Shown here: piece after piece, positions 30,547 to 41,400 of the stretch
How positions within the stretch are numbered: position 1 is the first letter of the stretch
How the letters are laid out: each line of letters starts with the position of its first letter
Source of the DNA: Minisyncoccota bacterium
Lineage (GTDB): Bacteria; Patescibacteriota; Minisyncoccia; Phycocordibacterales; XYD1-FULL-46-19
DNA length: 64,000 nucleotides
Assembly: GCA_041649495.1 (NCBI GenBank)
Contig: JBAZMZ010000003.1
Span: 6,602-70,601 of the forward strand
Direction of reading: 5' to 3'
Position numbers and translations under genes: made by a program
The notes under the pieces: model-generated
What the model saw: the letters and a program-made list of their open reading frames with translations, nothing else
The model's database searches: none
What the model was told of the DNA's origin: nothing

Positions 30547-30621
30547 TATTATAAAGTAGAAATGGGGATGCCTGCCCGTCCATAGCTTTAGCGAAGGAGG
30601 GTGATAGAATTTAAGATATAA

Positions 30622-31878
30622 GTGAATTCAAAATCTAAAATAATTTTTGGACTAGCGACTCTGACCCTGATTATCTGTTTGGGTCTACGTTTTTCTAGTC
30701 AAATTAATCAAGAGTTATTAGCTGTTGAACGGGCCAGCCATCAATTGGCCACGGTAATCTTAACGCATAGTTTCAAATCAGTGGGCGATCTTAAGACTCG
30801 CTATGATTTGGCTCTCGCTAATCCCGCCAATAAAAAAGTGCGCGTTTTGATTGTGCCTGGCCATGAACCCAATTATGGGGGCGCCGAATACGGTAATTTG
30901 AAAGAGCGAGTCTTGGTCGAGCAATTAGCCCAAGATCTTAAACGGTTTTTACAAAACAACCCGCATTTTGAAGTTTTTGTGACGCGCGATAGCCAAACTT
31001 GGAGTCCTGATCTAGCTAATTATTTTCAAAACCATTGGGCCGAGATTGTTGAGTGGCGCCAAGCTTCGCGCAACGAGACGAATCAATTGATTGCCCTGGG
31101 CAGCATGCCTCCACTCCAGGCTCAAGTTTCTCATTCTCGAGCCAAAGCTGATGTCGCCACTCGGCTTTGGGGTATTACCAAATGGGCCAATGAAAATAAT
31201 ATTGATGTGACGATTCATCTTCATCTTAACGACTACGCCCGTCCCGCGACAGGTCAACCGGGCCGATACTCTGGTTTGGCAATTTATGTGCCAACCAGCC
31301 AATACGGTAATAGTCCAACAACCAAAGCGGTGGCACAAAATATTTTTAATCGATTAGCCAAATATAATTCGGTGAGTGACTTGTCGGGCGAACGAACTGG
31401 TTTGGTCGAAGAACCCGACCTGATTGCTATTGGCGCTAAAAATTCTTCGAACGCGGCCAGTTTATTGATTGAATATGGTTACATCTACGAACCACAATTT
31501 ACTAATCCGCAACTTCGCGAGTTAGCGCTCAAAGATTTGGCCTATCAAACCTATCTTGGTTTGCAAGATTTTTTTGAGCCCAATAGCGCTGTGAGATTAA
31601 CCAAAACTGATGATACCTTACTCTTACCTCACGACTGGCAACCAACAAAAAGCGGTAATGAGACGCCCACGAAAGATATTTTTGCGCTTCAGACAGCCTT
31701 GATGCTTGAGGGCGAATATCCGCCGGCCGGGAAAAATAAAAATGATTGTCCGCGCACTGGCGTTTTGGGCCCTTGTACTAAGTCAGCCTTGCTCGCTTTC
31801 CAAACTAAAAAGGGGATTAATGGCGAAAATGGTTTAGTTGGGGAAAAAACCCTGACAGTTTTGAAACAATTATATTAA
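30622..31878 (+). CDS. N-acetylmuramoyl-L-alanine amidase (Amidase_3) with peptidoglycan-binding domain
   Basis: PGH..E, IHLHLN and LIEYGY Zn/catalytic residues; C-terminal TG.LGP.T..AL.AFQ. Confidence 0.85.
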   Translation: MNSKSKIIFGLATLTLIICLGLRFSSQINQELLAVERASHQLATVILTHSFKSVGDLKTRYDLALANPANKKVRVLIVPGHEPNYGGAEYGNLKERVLVEQLAQDLKRFLQNNPHFEVFVTRDSQTWSPDLANYFQNHWAEIVEWRQASRNETNQLIALGSMPPLQAQVSHSRAKADVATRLWGITKWANENNIDVTIHLHLNDYARPATGQPGRYSGLAIYVPTSQYGNSPTTKAVAQNIFNRLAKYNSVSDLSGERTGLVEEPDLIAIGAKNSSNAASLLIEYGYIYEPQFTNPQLRELALKDLAYQTYLGLQDFFEPNSAVRLTKTDDTLLLPHDWQPTKSGNETPTKDIFALQTALMLEGEYPPAGKNKNDCPRTGVLGPCTKSALLAFQTKKGINGENGLVGEKTLTVLKQLY

Positions 31879-31920
31879 GTTTACCGAAAAGCTAAAATGT
31901 GTTAAGCTAGGACTACTTTT

Positions 31921-33465
31921 ATGTTAAAAAAACTCGTTATTAAAGCGAAGCAATATTGGCTAATTACAATCATCGTGGCGATTGCTTGTTTGGGAGCAAT
32001 CTATTTTTTCGGTTTTAGGGGTAACAATTATCAGCCAGAAATTTTGACCGTCCAACCAGCTGATTTTACGCAAACCGTTTCCGTCTCGGGCAAAGTCGTG
32101 CCAGCGGAAAGCGCTGAGCTTGGCTTCAATCAAAGTGGTAAGGTGACAGCTATTAACGCTACCGTCGGACAAAAGGTTGGAGCTGGCCAAATTATTGCTC
32201 AAATCGACTCTCGAAGCGCCGTTTTAGATTTACAGAACGCTGAAGTGGCTCTGGCCAAACTAATTAAGCCGGCCGACAAATTGGAGGTGGTTCAAGCCGA
32301 AAATGCTCTGGCCTTGGCCCTTGATACTAAAAACAAAGCTTATAGCGACAGCTTCAATGCGCTGGACGCCACTTTTTTAGATTTACCAGTCGTAATGACG
32401 GGCTTAGACACCTTGTTTAATAATTATAATGTTTCTACTTATTTCTCAAACGAATCGTCTCTAAGCAATACGGCCAGGGGTTATCGCCAAACCGCTTCAA
32501 CCGCTTATTATCGTGCCCTTACCGCTTATGAAAAAAATCGAGCGGATTATCGTGGTCTCGGGCTGGCCTCAGCCAGTTCGACTGTCCAAGCCCTAGTGAG
32601 TGAGACTTACCAAACAACTAAATTAATCGCTCAGGCGCTCAAAGAAACGAACACTGCCCTGTCTTTTATTATTGACCAAATTGATATTCAAAATCGAACA
32701 GCAATCATGACCACCGATATTGCCAATATCGACACTTGGTCAAATAGTGTTAATTCCCAGGTTGAGAGTCTTAATTTGATCGCTGATACCATCAATAACG
32801 CCGATCGCGAAATTGCCGACAAACAAGAAGCGCTAACCAAATTACGAGATGGCGCTGACGCCCTTGATATCAAAACCCAAGAATTAGTGGTGGAGCAAAA
32901 ACAAACGGCGCTTAACGATTATTATGTGCGGGCCCCTTTTGCTGGACTCGTGACTCGATTGGATATTAAGGTGGGCGAACAAGTTACGGCCGGCCAAGCC
33001 GAGATCTCAATGATTAATTCGGGCCTCTTCCAAATTGAGAGCTTCGTCCCCGAAATTAATATTGCCGGCCTCGCCGTCGGCAACCCGGCCGAGGTAACCC
33101 TTGACGCTTACGGCGCCGACACCCCCTTCTTGGCCAAAATTATTTCGATTGATCCAGCCGAAACCATCCACGACGGTGTTTCCACTTATAAAGTCAAATT
33201 GCAATTTTCGGCGATTGATTCGCGTATTAAGTCAGGGATGACCGCCAATCTCTTGATCACCTCATTTGAAAAGCCTAATGTCTTGGCCGTCCCCGCTGGC
33301 GCCATCTTCACTCAAGCGGGACAGAAATTTGTTAAAGTAATGACCCAAAATCAGCCAACAGATCGAGTTGTCACAACCGGCAAAATTGGCATCTTGGGTC
33401 AAACCGAGATCTTAAGTGGGCTTAATTCGAGCGATCAAGTGATTCTTAACCCGCAAGTAAATTAA
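31921..33465 (+). CDS. Efflux periplasmic adaptor (HlyD/MacA-like)
   Basis: TM anchor, lipoyl-like halves flanking a long coiled coil, RAPFAG, IKSGMTA. Confidence 0.85.
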   Translation: MLKKLVIKAKQYWLITIIVAIACLGAIYFFGFRGNNYQPEILTVQPADFTQTVSVSGKVVPAESAELGFNQSGKVTAINATVGQKVGAGQIIAQIDSRSAVLDLQNAEVALAKLIKPADKLEVVQAENALALALDTKNKAYSDSFNALDATFLDLPVVMTGLDTLFNNYNVSTYFSNESSLSNTARGYRQTASTAYYRALTAYEKNRADYRGLGLASASSTVQALVSETYQTTKLIAQALKETNTALSFIIDQIDIQNRTAIMTTDIANIDTWSNSVNSQVESLNLIADTINNADREIADKQEALTKLRDGADALDIKTQELVVEQKQTALNDYYVRAPFAGLVTRLDIKVGEQVTAGQAEISMINSGLFQIESFVPEINIAGLAVGNPAEVTLDAYGADTPFLAKIISIDPAETIHDGVSTYKVKLQFSAIDSRIKSGMTANLLITSFEKPNVLAVPAGAIFTQAGQKFVKVMTQNQPTDRVVTTGKIGILGQTEILSGLNSSDQVILNPQVN

Positions 33466-33466
33466 C

Positions 33467-34723
33467 ATGTTTTCGATGCTCAATTATCGAATTGGTTTAT
33501 TTCTGGCCAAGCGGCAAATCCGGCGTTCCAGTCTTTGGACAAACGTGCTGATTATCTCGGTGATGGTGCTTACTTTTCTTAACCTAGTTGTCGTCTCGGG
33601 CATTCTGGTGGGGTTAATTCAGGGTGCGGTTGACGCCGTTCGTCTTCATTACACCAGCGACATCATTATTTCGGTGCCCAACAATAAAACTTATATCGAA
33701 AATAGCCCGGCCGTAATCGCCGTTTTGAACCAAGAACCGCGGATCCAATCTTTCAGTGCCCGCTACTTAAGTGGGGGAACGATTGAGGCTAATTATAAGG
33801 AGCAACGCAAAGACACTGACAAAGCGAACACGGCCTCGGCCGGAGTGGCGGGGATTGATCCCCAAGCCGAAGATCGCGTCACGGGTTTGTCAAAATTTAT
33901 TGTTGAGGGCGATTATCTAGCGCCAGGCGATTATGATCAAGTGCTCATTGGCGCTTATCTGACAAAAAAATATTTACCTATCGACAGCCCCGGTTTTGCC
34001 GCCTTAGATAATATCGCGCCCGGCACCAAGATTCGCCTAACTCTGGGTAATATTCAACGCGAAGTGACGATTAAGGGCATCATCAAGAGTAAGGTGGACG
34101 AAATTAATATGCGTGTGTTTATGACTGACGCGCAATTGCGTAGTTTGACGGGTCGGAGCGATTATAACGTCAACGAAATTGCCATTAGATTAAAACCGGG
34201 AGTCGATCCAAACACGGTTCGTGACGCATTAATCGGACAAGGGATTAGTCGGGTGGCTAAGGTCCAGACTTATGCCGACGCCGAACCCAAATTTATTAAG
34301 GATATGATTGACACTTTCGCTTTGCTCGGCAATTTAATCAGTTCGATTGGTTTGGTCGTGGCCTCGATTACCATTTTCATCGTCATTTTTATCAATGCTA
34401 TCACCCGGCGAAAATTTATTGGTATCTTGAAGGGGATTGGCATTTCAGGCGAGGCGATTGAGATTTCTTATATCTTCCAATCTTTTTTCTATGCTCTGAC
34501 TGGTTCAATTATCGGAATAATTACTGTCTATGCAGTGCTCGAGCCTCTGATTACCGCTCACCCAATTAATTTCCCCTTCAGTGATGGCATTTTGGTGGCT
34601 CCTCTTCTCTCAACCTTGATGAGAATGAGCCTTTTGATTATTGCCACCATTTTTGCCGGTTATATTCCAGCCCGAATGATTGTTCGCAAGAATACTCTCG
34701 ATTCAATTTTGGGGCGAAATTAA
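33467..34723 (+). CDS. MacB/FtsX-like ABC permease
   Basis: One TM, large periplasmic loop, then three TM; RRKFIGILKGIG, YIPAR. Confidence 0.85.
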   Translation: MFSMLNYRIGLFLAKRQIRRSSLWTNVLIISVMVLTFLNLVVVSGILVGLIQGAVDAVRLHYTSDIIISVPNNKTYIENSPAVIAVLNQEPRIQSFSARYLSGGTIEANYKEQRKDTDKANTASAGVAGIDPQAEDRVTGLSKFIVEGDYLAPGDYDQVLIGAYLTKKYLPIDSPGFAALDNIAPGTKIRLTLGNIQREVTIKGIIKSKVDEINMRVFMTDAQLRSLTGRSDYNVNEIAIRLKPGVDPNTVRDALIGQGISRVAKVQTYADAEPKFIKDMIDTFALLGNLISSIGLVVASITIFIVIFINAITRRKFIGILKGIGISGEAIEISYIFQSFFYALTGSIIGIITVYAVLEPLITAHPINFPFSDGILVAPLLSTLMRMSLLIIATIFAGYIPARMIVRKNTLDSILGRN

Positions 34724-34732
34724 AATAAAAAT

Positions 34733-35407
34733 ATGATTGAAACTAAAAATTTAAAAAGATCCTTCATTGATGGCGAAGTGGAGACGCCCGTGCTTAAAGG
34801 TGTTGACCTCAAAATCGAAACTGGCGAGTTTGTCGCGATTATGGGTCGTTCGGGCGCAGGCAAAAGCACCTTAATGTATCAAATGAGCCTCCTCGACGAA
34901 CCCAGCTCGGGCGAAATAATTATCGACGGTCAAAATACTCACTTAATGTCACCCGTGCAAAAAACTAAATTTCGACTTGAAAAATTAGGTTATGTTTTTC
35001 AAGATTACGCTTTAATTCCCGAATTAACGGCAGTCGAAAATGTTGTTTTGCCCTTATTAATGAACGGGGTAAACAAAAAAGAGACTTATAAGATAGCCGG
35101 CGAGTCACTGGTCAAAGTGGGATTAGAAAAACATCTCCACCAATTACCCAGCCAACTCTCGGGCGGAGAACAGCAACGCGCCAGTATTGCTCGAGCGATT
35201 GCTCATCAACCAAATATTTTATTCGCCGATGAGCCAACGGCCAACTTAGACAACGAATCGTCGCGAACAATTATGAAAATTTTTACCGATTTGCATCGTG
35301 ATGGCCAAACCATCATCATGGTCACGCACGAAGAAGAATATGGTCGTCTAGCCGAAAAAATCGTTCGGATCGATGATGGCCGAATTATTGGAATTGAAAA
35401 AGATTAA
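34733..35407 (+). CDS. LolD/MacB-like ABC ATPase
   Basis: GRSGAGKST, LSGGEQQR, ADEPTANLD. Confidence 0.93.
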   Translation: MIETKNLKRSFIDGEVETPVLKGVDLKIETGEFVAIMGRSGAGKSTLMYQMSLLDEPSSGEIIIDGQNTHLMSPVQKTKFRLEKLGYVFQDYALIPELTAVENVVLPLLMNGVNKKETYKIAGESLVKVGLEKHLHQLPSQLSGGEQQRASIARAIAHQPNILFADEPTANLDNESSRTIMKIFTDLHRDGQTIIMVTHEEEYGRLAEKIVRIDDGRIIGIEKD

Positions 35408-35433
35408 AACATTATTAATTAATTATAAAAAAT

Positions 35434-35988
35434 ATGAACAATAAACATATCTTGAAGTGGGCGCTAATTATCGGGATAATTATCGTCCTTAATTTATTCT
35501 TTCATTTCGCGACCAGCTTAGTTTATAAAGCGCCGAAATTTGAGAATTTTTGTCAAAACAAACAGGTTAATATCCAACCAAGCACCCAAGAAACCTGCCT
35601 CAAAATGGGCGGGGCGTGGAACGAGGGACCAATGGGTAAACCCGTCCCGGCCGCCATTGATGTTGAGGGCCGAACCGTGCCCGCGTCAGCCAATTCTTAT
35701 TGCGACACTCAATTTACTTGTCAAAAAGATTTCGAAACGGCCAATAATCTCTACCGGCGAAATGTTTTTGTGGTGATGGTTGTGCTCGGCCTGCTCTCAC
35801 TCTTGCTCGGTTTCGCTTTAGCGACCAATGAAGTGATTTCCCTCGGTTTATCTTACGGCGGAATTTTGTCCTTCATTATCGCCTCAATTCAATACTGGTC
35901 AGCGATGGATGATTACTTGCGCGTCATCATCCTCGGCCTAGCCCTCGCTGTTCTGATCTATCTCGGTTACAAAAAGTTTAAAGATTAA
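35434..35988 (+). CDS. Hypothetical membrane protein
   Basis: Four TM helices and a Cys-containing extracellular loop. Confidence 0.75.
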   Translation: MNNKHILKWALIIGIIIVLNLFFHFATSLVYKAPKFENFCQNKQVNIQPSTQETCLKMGGAWNEGPMGKPVPAAIDVEGRTVPASANSYCDTQFTCQKDFETANNLYRRNVFVVMVVLGLLSLLLGFALATNEVISLGLSYGGILSFIIASIQYWSAMDDYLRVIILGLALAVLIYLGYKKFKD

Positions 35989-36039
35989 AAACAAAAGAGT
36001 CTCTCCTCCGATTTTGAACCGATAACTTACCAGTCAAAA

Positions 36040-37077
36040 TCAAAAAAGAAACTCGTTTTCGTCATTGGTATTTTCCTCGGCCGAAGGAAGTGACAAGGTC
36101 AATTGCAAATTTGCCCTCTTTCGGTCCTCTCTCGCTTTCACCGCCTCCGAAGCCAAAATCTCGACCACCAGATAGCCCTTCTCCGGCCTGGTGTGGTCGA
36201 CTTTTAGCTGGATCGGACCAAGGCGCTTTCTGGCTCCGAGGTAAGCTTGTTGAGCGAGTGTCTCCTCTGGCGTAGCCGAGAGGTCCCAATCAACCAGTCG
36301 GGCAAGGTGGTAAATGTGCGGATTGTTCAAGCCGTGAGGCAAGAACTTAAACGTTTCGACCAAGAGATGATGGGGTAAGGAATTTCTAGCCAAAACCTCA
36401 ACCAACGGTCGAACTTGGGATAGCTGGCACCAACGGTTAAACGAATAACCGTTATGCCGGTAAGGCGCCAGACACAGGGCGATAAACCGCGCGAGCCCGA
36501 TCATTTGACGTTGCCGCTGCCGACTCACGTTAATCTCGGCCCAATAAGCATCGGCAATCAACGCCTGATCTTGGAGCGAGAAGCTGAAATGAACTCCTTT
36601 CTCCCACCAACGATAAGCACTTGAGCGGTCCAATTGGCCAACCCGACGAACATAATAAGCTCGCGGGCTCAATAACTTTGTCTGTCCGCCCGACTTCCAA
36701 CCGCTGATTTTCTGGTCAGCCAGTTGCTGAAGTGTTGCGAACAACCTGGGAGCAATCAGCAAGTATTGCTCTTCTGTTAGAGCAAAGTACTTGTGTCTTT
36801 GGGCAATCCACCCTCGCTCGGAGCTGTAAGCTGGACGATACGGTCGCGTTCGGCCAATGCCAATCTCGGCGAGCAAAACCTCTGGCTGATGAGTCACTCG
36901 GTCCCCAAGCGGTTTCTGCCCTTCGCCAATGATGGCGATGACATTTAACTCGGCCCGAGGATTAACCTTCTCCACGACCACCTCGTTGGGCGTTAGACGC
37001 CAGACGAAAGCGGCCTTTTCTCGAACCGCCCTTAAGTTTTCGGCCACAATGGCTGGCGAAAATCTTGGCTTTATCAT
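36040..37077 (-). CDS. Hypothetical protein
   Basis: 345-aa ORF with strong GAGGAGGTGA RBS; no motif recognised. Confidence 0.7.
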   Translation of the reverse strand: MIKPRFSPAIVAENLRAVREKAAFVWRLTPNEVVVEKVNPRAELNVIAIIGEGQKPLGDRVTHQPEVLLAEIGIGRTRPYRPAYSSERGWIAQRHKYFALTEEQYLLIAPRLFATLQQLADQKISGWKSGGQTKLLSPRAYYVRRVGQLDRSSAYRWWEKGVHFSFSLQDQALIADAYWAEINVSRQRQRQMIGLARFIALCLAPYRHNGYSFNRWCQLSQVRPLVEVLARNSLPHHLLVETFKFLPHGLNNPHIYHLARLVDWDLSATPEETLAQQAYLGARKRLGPIQLKVDHTRPEKGYLVVEILASEAVKAREDRKRANLQLTLSLPSAEENTNDENEFLF

Positions 37078-37227
37078 TGCACTTCACCTCCTCTCCATTC
37101 TTCCAGTTAAGGGAAAATATCCCTGACAAGGTTCACCTGTTCAATCTGGCCTCATCTTAGGATTATCTCGGAAGTAAAGCAAGGGAAAAAGAAAAGGACG
37201 TCGGGGCTTTGGGCCGAACGACGTCCG

Positions 37228-38337
37228 TTAGAACAAGCAATCGGTTCTCGGGATTGGACAATCTACCCGTTCGATCCTGGCAAGTTGCCCGTACCCGTAA
37301 TAAGGGGAAGACGGGGCAATAAAACGACAGAATTTCTCGACCGGACAATGATGGCAAGGGTCGTCATAATTGGCTGGCCAGAGCGACGGATGCTCTTTTA
37401 GCGCTTGAGGCAGAGCGATCGGCTCGCCGACTCGTTGCCGAGTTTCTTTTCGGCCCCGAGTCCGATTCTGGAACTGATTAGCGCATCGCTCTCGAGACAA
37501 GACCCAAAGAGCCGGGTTAATTTGCCTAGTCTCGAAGCCGTTCAAAACCATGAACCACTGTGACCAACGCGCAATCGCGTCCGTGATATTCGAACCGATG
37601 CGGGTCATTTCAATCTCGTGCCAAGCCAGAAATTCAGGCTTAGTGACCTCACACGGGCGCATCTTCTTGAGAGTCACCACTCCCGTTCCTTGAAGCACGC
37701 GCAAAGCATGGAAGTCCACCGGGATGGGAGTAGGGAAGTCGGGCAAAATCTGATATTGTTGGAGAAAAATCACGAACAACGAAAAGATCTTCCGCCGAAT
37801 ACCGATTAACCCCTCTCCCTTAGACCCTTGCCGGTTCACTCGAGCAAAAGCTTGCTCAAATTCGAACACCCCATCAAAAACTCGCAGGATATTACCGTCC
37901 CAACGATTGACAAGGTAATTCGCATTGGCAATCCAAGCCCGAGCGTGTTCCTCGTCCTGATAGCCCATCACTCCTGTTCCCTTTTGGCCAGTCCCGTTAC
38001 CGCCCAAAAGTTGTTGAGTTGCTTCACGAAAGGCGCCGAGAATCTTCTCGACCGTCCACCCGCGAGCAACTTGTCGAGGGTCAAACAAGTCGGGATGACG
38101 CTCGAACAATGAGTGGAACCAACGAAAAGGATCGTCCGAGTTCACTGGTCCTCGCATCAAAAGTGAGGCAAAGATCAGGTAATTCGCTCTCGCGACCGGC
38201 TCGTCGGGCATCGGATAGCGATCTTGAGGATAAACCACTTCGGCGAAAACGCCTTCCTTACCTGCTATCGCTCGAGTCAGGGCCGTAAATACCTCAAACG
38301 CACGGCCCTCGTTTAATGTCACTGGGGATTCTTTCAT
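37228..38337 (-). CDS. Divergent HhH-GPD (endonuclease III-like) DNA glycosylase-fold protein
   Basis: LIGIRRKI HhH-like motif, PIPVDFHALRV, C-x42-C-x2-C-x5-C. Confidence 0.6.
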   Translation of the reverse strand: MKESPVTLNEGRAFEVFTALTRAIAGKEGVFAEVVYPQDRYPMPDEPVARANYLIFASLLMRGPVNSDDPFRWFHSLFERHPDLFDPRQVARGWTVEKILGAFREATQQLLGGNGTGQKGTGVMGYQDEEHARAWIANANYLVNRWDGNILRVFDGVFEFEQAFARVNRQGSKGEGLIGIRRKIFSLFVIFLQQYQILPDFPTPIPVDFHALRVLQGTGVVTLKKMRPCEVTKPEFLAWHEIEMTRIGSNITDAIARWSQWFMVLNGFETRQINPALWVLSRERCANQFQNRTRGRKETRQRVGEPIALPQALKEHPSLWPANYDDPCHHCPVEKFCRFIAPSSPYYGYGQLARIERVDCPIPRTDCLF

Positions 38338-38472
38338 TGAGGGCCACCTTTCTGCCAGAACTGCTTAACGGTTCGATTAAAAATGTTCAGACTCTGTTTC
38401 CAATCTTATTACTAACAGAGATTAGGAGCTTTGCCAAATTGAATTATTTAGGTTTCGTGTTAAAGTATTAGC

Positions 38473-41400
38473 ATGGGAAAAAAATCTAAGGGGAGCAAAT
38501 ACGATCATTTAAAAATAGAGTCTAAATGGCAACGTGAGTGGAGTCGTTCCAAAACTTATCAAACTACCGAAACGACCGGTTCGACAAGCTCACGGCAAGA
38601 ATCTAAACCCAAAGCTTATGTTTTAGATATGTTCCCGTATCCGTCGGGGGAGGGTTTGCATGTCGGCCACCCCAAGGGTTATATCGCCACGGATGTTTAT
38701 TCGCGCTTTAAACGAATGAGTGGTTTTAATGTCTTGCACCCCATGGGTTGGGATGCTTTTGGTTTACCGGCCGAGAATTATGCGATTAAAAATAAAATTA
38801 ATCCGGCCGTGGCGGTGAAGAAGAATATCAAACATTTTAAATCACAGATGGAAAAGATTGGGCTCGATTATGATTGGTCTCGCGAAATCAACACCACCGA
38901 CCCCAAATATTACAAATGGACCCAATGGATTTTCTTACAATTGTTCAAGCGGGGATTGGCTTACCAATCGAATGAGCCGATTAATTGGTGCCCGTCTTGT
39001 CAAACTGGTTTAGCCAATGAAGATTTGGAGACCCGTTCGACAAGCTCAGGGCAAGCGGCCGTCTGTGAGCGTTGTGGTTCGCTCGTGATCAAAAAACCGA
39101 TCCGCCAATGGGTGCTCAAAATTACTAATTACGCTGAACGGTTATTGACTGATTTGGACGGCTTAAATTGGCCCGAATCAATCAAAGAATCACAAAGAAA
39201 TTGGATTGGCCGAAGCGAAGGGGCTGAAATTGATTTTCCCCTTCAAACTGGACCCCTTAAGTTTGTCATCCTGCACGGATGGAAAAGTAATAGCCGGCGT
39301 TGTTTTATTCCCTGGCTCAAGCGCGAGCTCGAAGAACGAGGCCACGAAGTAGTCGCCTTGGATCTTCCTCATCCCGTCGTGCCCAATATTGCAGAGCAAG
39401 TTGATTACGTTTTATCTAAAGTGACGTTTGACGCCAACACCATAATTATCGCTCATTCACTGGGCTCAATCGCGGCTTATCGAATTCTCGAAAAATTAAA
39501 AACGCCCATCAAGAAATTAGTCATTGTCGCTGGCTTAATTGAGCCAAAATTTCGAGACAAGGCCCGACCCGAAGCCAAATATCTCTTAAGTTGGAAATTT
39601 AATTTGGCTAAAATTAAAAAGAATGCTGGCCAAATTGTCATTCTTGAAGATCAAAATGACAATATTATCCCCAAAGGCGAATCACGGGTGATCCAACAAG
39701 CCTTAGGGGGCGAGGTTTACCAACTCGAAGCCCAAACGGCTCACTTCTGCGGGTCCGTTGAGCCGTTAGTCCTAGGGCATAGCCTAGACCGAGTCAAGAT
39801 CTTCACCACCCGCGCCGACACCCTTTTTGGTGCCACTTATTTAGTCCTCGCGCCAGAACATAAATTGATTTCTCAATTAAAAAAAGAAATTAGCAATTGG
39901 GTTGAGGTCACAAAATATATTAAACAAGCAGAAAAAAGAACCGAGATCGAGAGATCGACTGAAGGCCGAGAAAAAACAGGGGTCAAACTCGAAGGCGTGA
40001 GAGCGATTAATCCGATCAATAATGAAGAAATCCCAATTTTTATTGCCGATTATGTCTTACCTGGTTATGGCACGGGCGCAATTATGGCCGTACCGGCCCA
40101 CGACGAACGCGACCATCAATTTGCCAAGAAATTTGATTTGCCAATTGTGCCGGTAATTATCAAGGATTTGCCGACCACTCTTGATCATGTCGCCGAGGCT
40201 TATACTGGTTCAGGAAAAATGGTTAACTCCGGCCGATGGAATGGCCTTGATAATGAGCAAGTGGTCGATCCAATGATTAAATTTGTCCGCGGGAAAAAAG
40301 TGATTCGCTACAAATTACGCGATTGGGTTTTTTCACGCCAACGTTATTGGGGCGAACCGATTCCAATTGTCCACTGTGCTAAGTGTGGTCCAATGCCTGT
40401 GCCCGAAAAAGATTTGCCGGTCAAATTGCCGGCAGTTAAAAGTTACGCCCCCACCGGCACCGGCGAATCGCCTCTGGCCAACATTAAAAGCTGGGTCAAT
40501 ACCAAATGTCCGGCTTGTGGCGGGCCAGCCCAACGCGAGACCAATACCATGCCCCAATGGGCGGGTTCGTCTTGGTATTATTTGCGCTATATCGACCCTA
40601 AGAACGACAAGGCTCTCGCTGATCCTAAGAAATTAAATTATTGGTCACCAGTCGATATGTATGTGGGAGGCACCGAGCATGCGACTCGTCACTTAATCTA
40701 CGCGCGATTTTGGCATAAGTTTTTGCAGGATATCGGCATCGTCAAAAATTCCGAGCCATTTGCCCAACTTAAAAATCAAGGTTTAATTTCTGGTTCTGAT
40801 GGGAGGAAGATGAGCAAGCGTTGGGGTAATGTCATTAACCCCGACGATATTATTAAGAGTCATGGCGCCGATACCTTGCGGGTTTATGAGATGTTTATGG
40901 GTCCGTTTGAACAAGGAGTGTCGTGGAGCACCGACAACCTAATGGGCGCGCGCCGTTTTGTGGAGAAAATTTGGCGGTTGAACGGGAAAGTCGTTCCCGA
41001 GGCTAAGGTTGTGCGAAGTACGACTTCGGGCTCACTTGAAGTCGGACTTCTCACGACTGAATCAGCTTCCGAGGTGAGTCCTCAAGTGAGCCCGAGGTCT
41101 CTCCTCGGAAACAATGACTTCCTTTTGCACAAAACCATCAAACAAGTGACCGACGATATCAATCGCTTCAATTTTAACACCGCGATTTCGGCCTTAATGA
41201 TTCTCGCCAACGATTGGGACAAACTCAAGCAAATTTCAATCACTGATTTCAAAATCTTGCTTAAATTATTGGCCCCGTTGGCCCCACATTTGAGCGAAGA
41301 ATTATGGCATAATTTGGGCGAGAAAAAATCAATTCATCTCTCAACCTGGCCCGTGGCCGATCCACAAAAATTGATAACGAAAGAGGTCAAAATCGTGGTC

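Noticed and set aside
39241-39789. LeuRS insertion as an intein or intron
   Set aside because: No Cys/Ser start with His-Asn end, no splicing motifs, and it reads as a hydrolase fold in an open frame.
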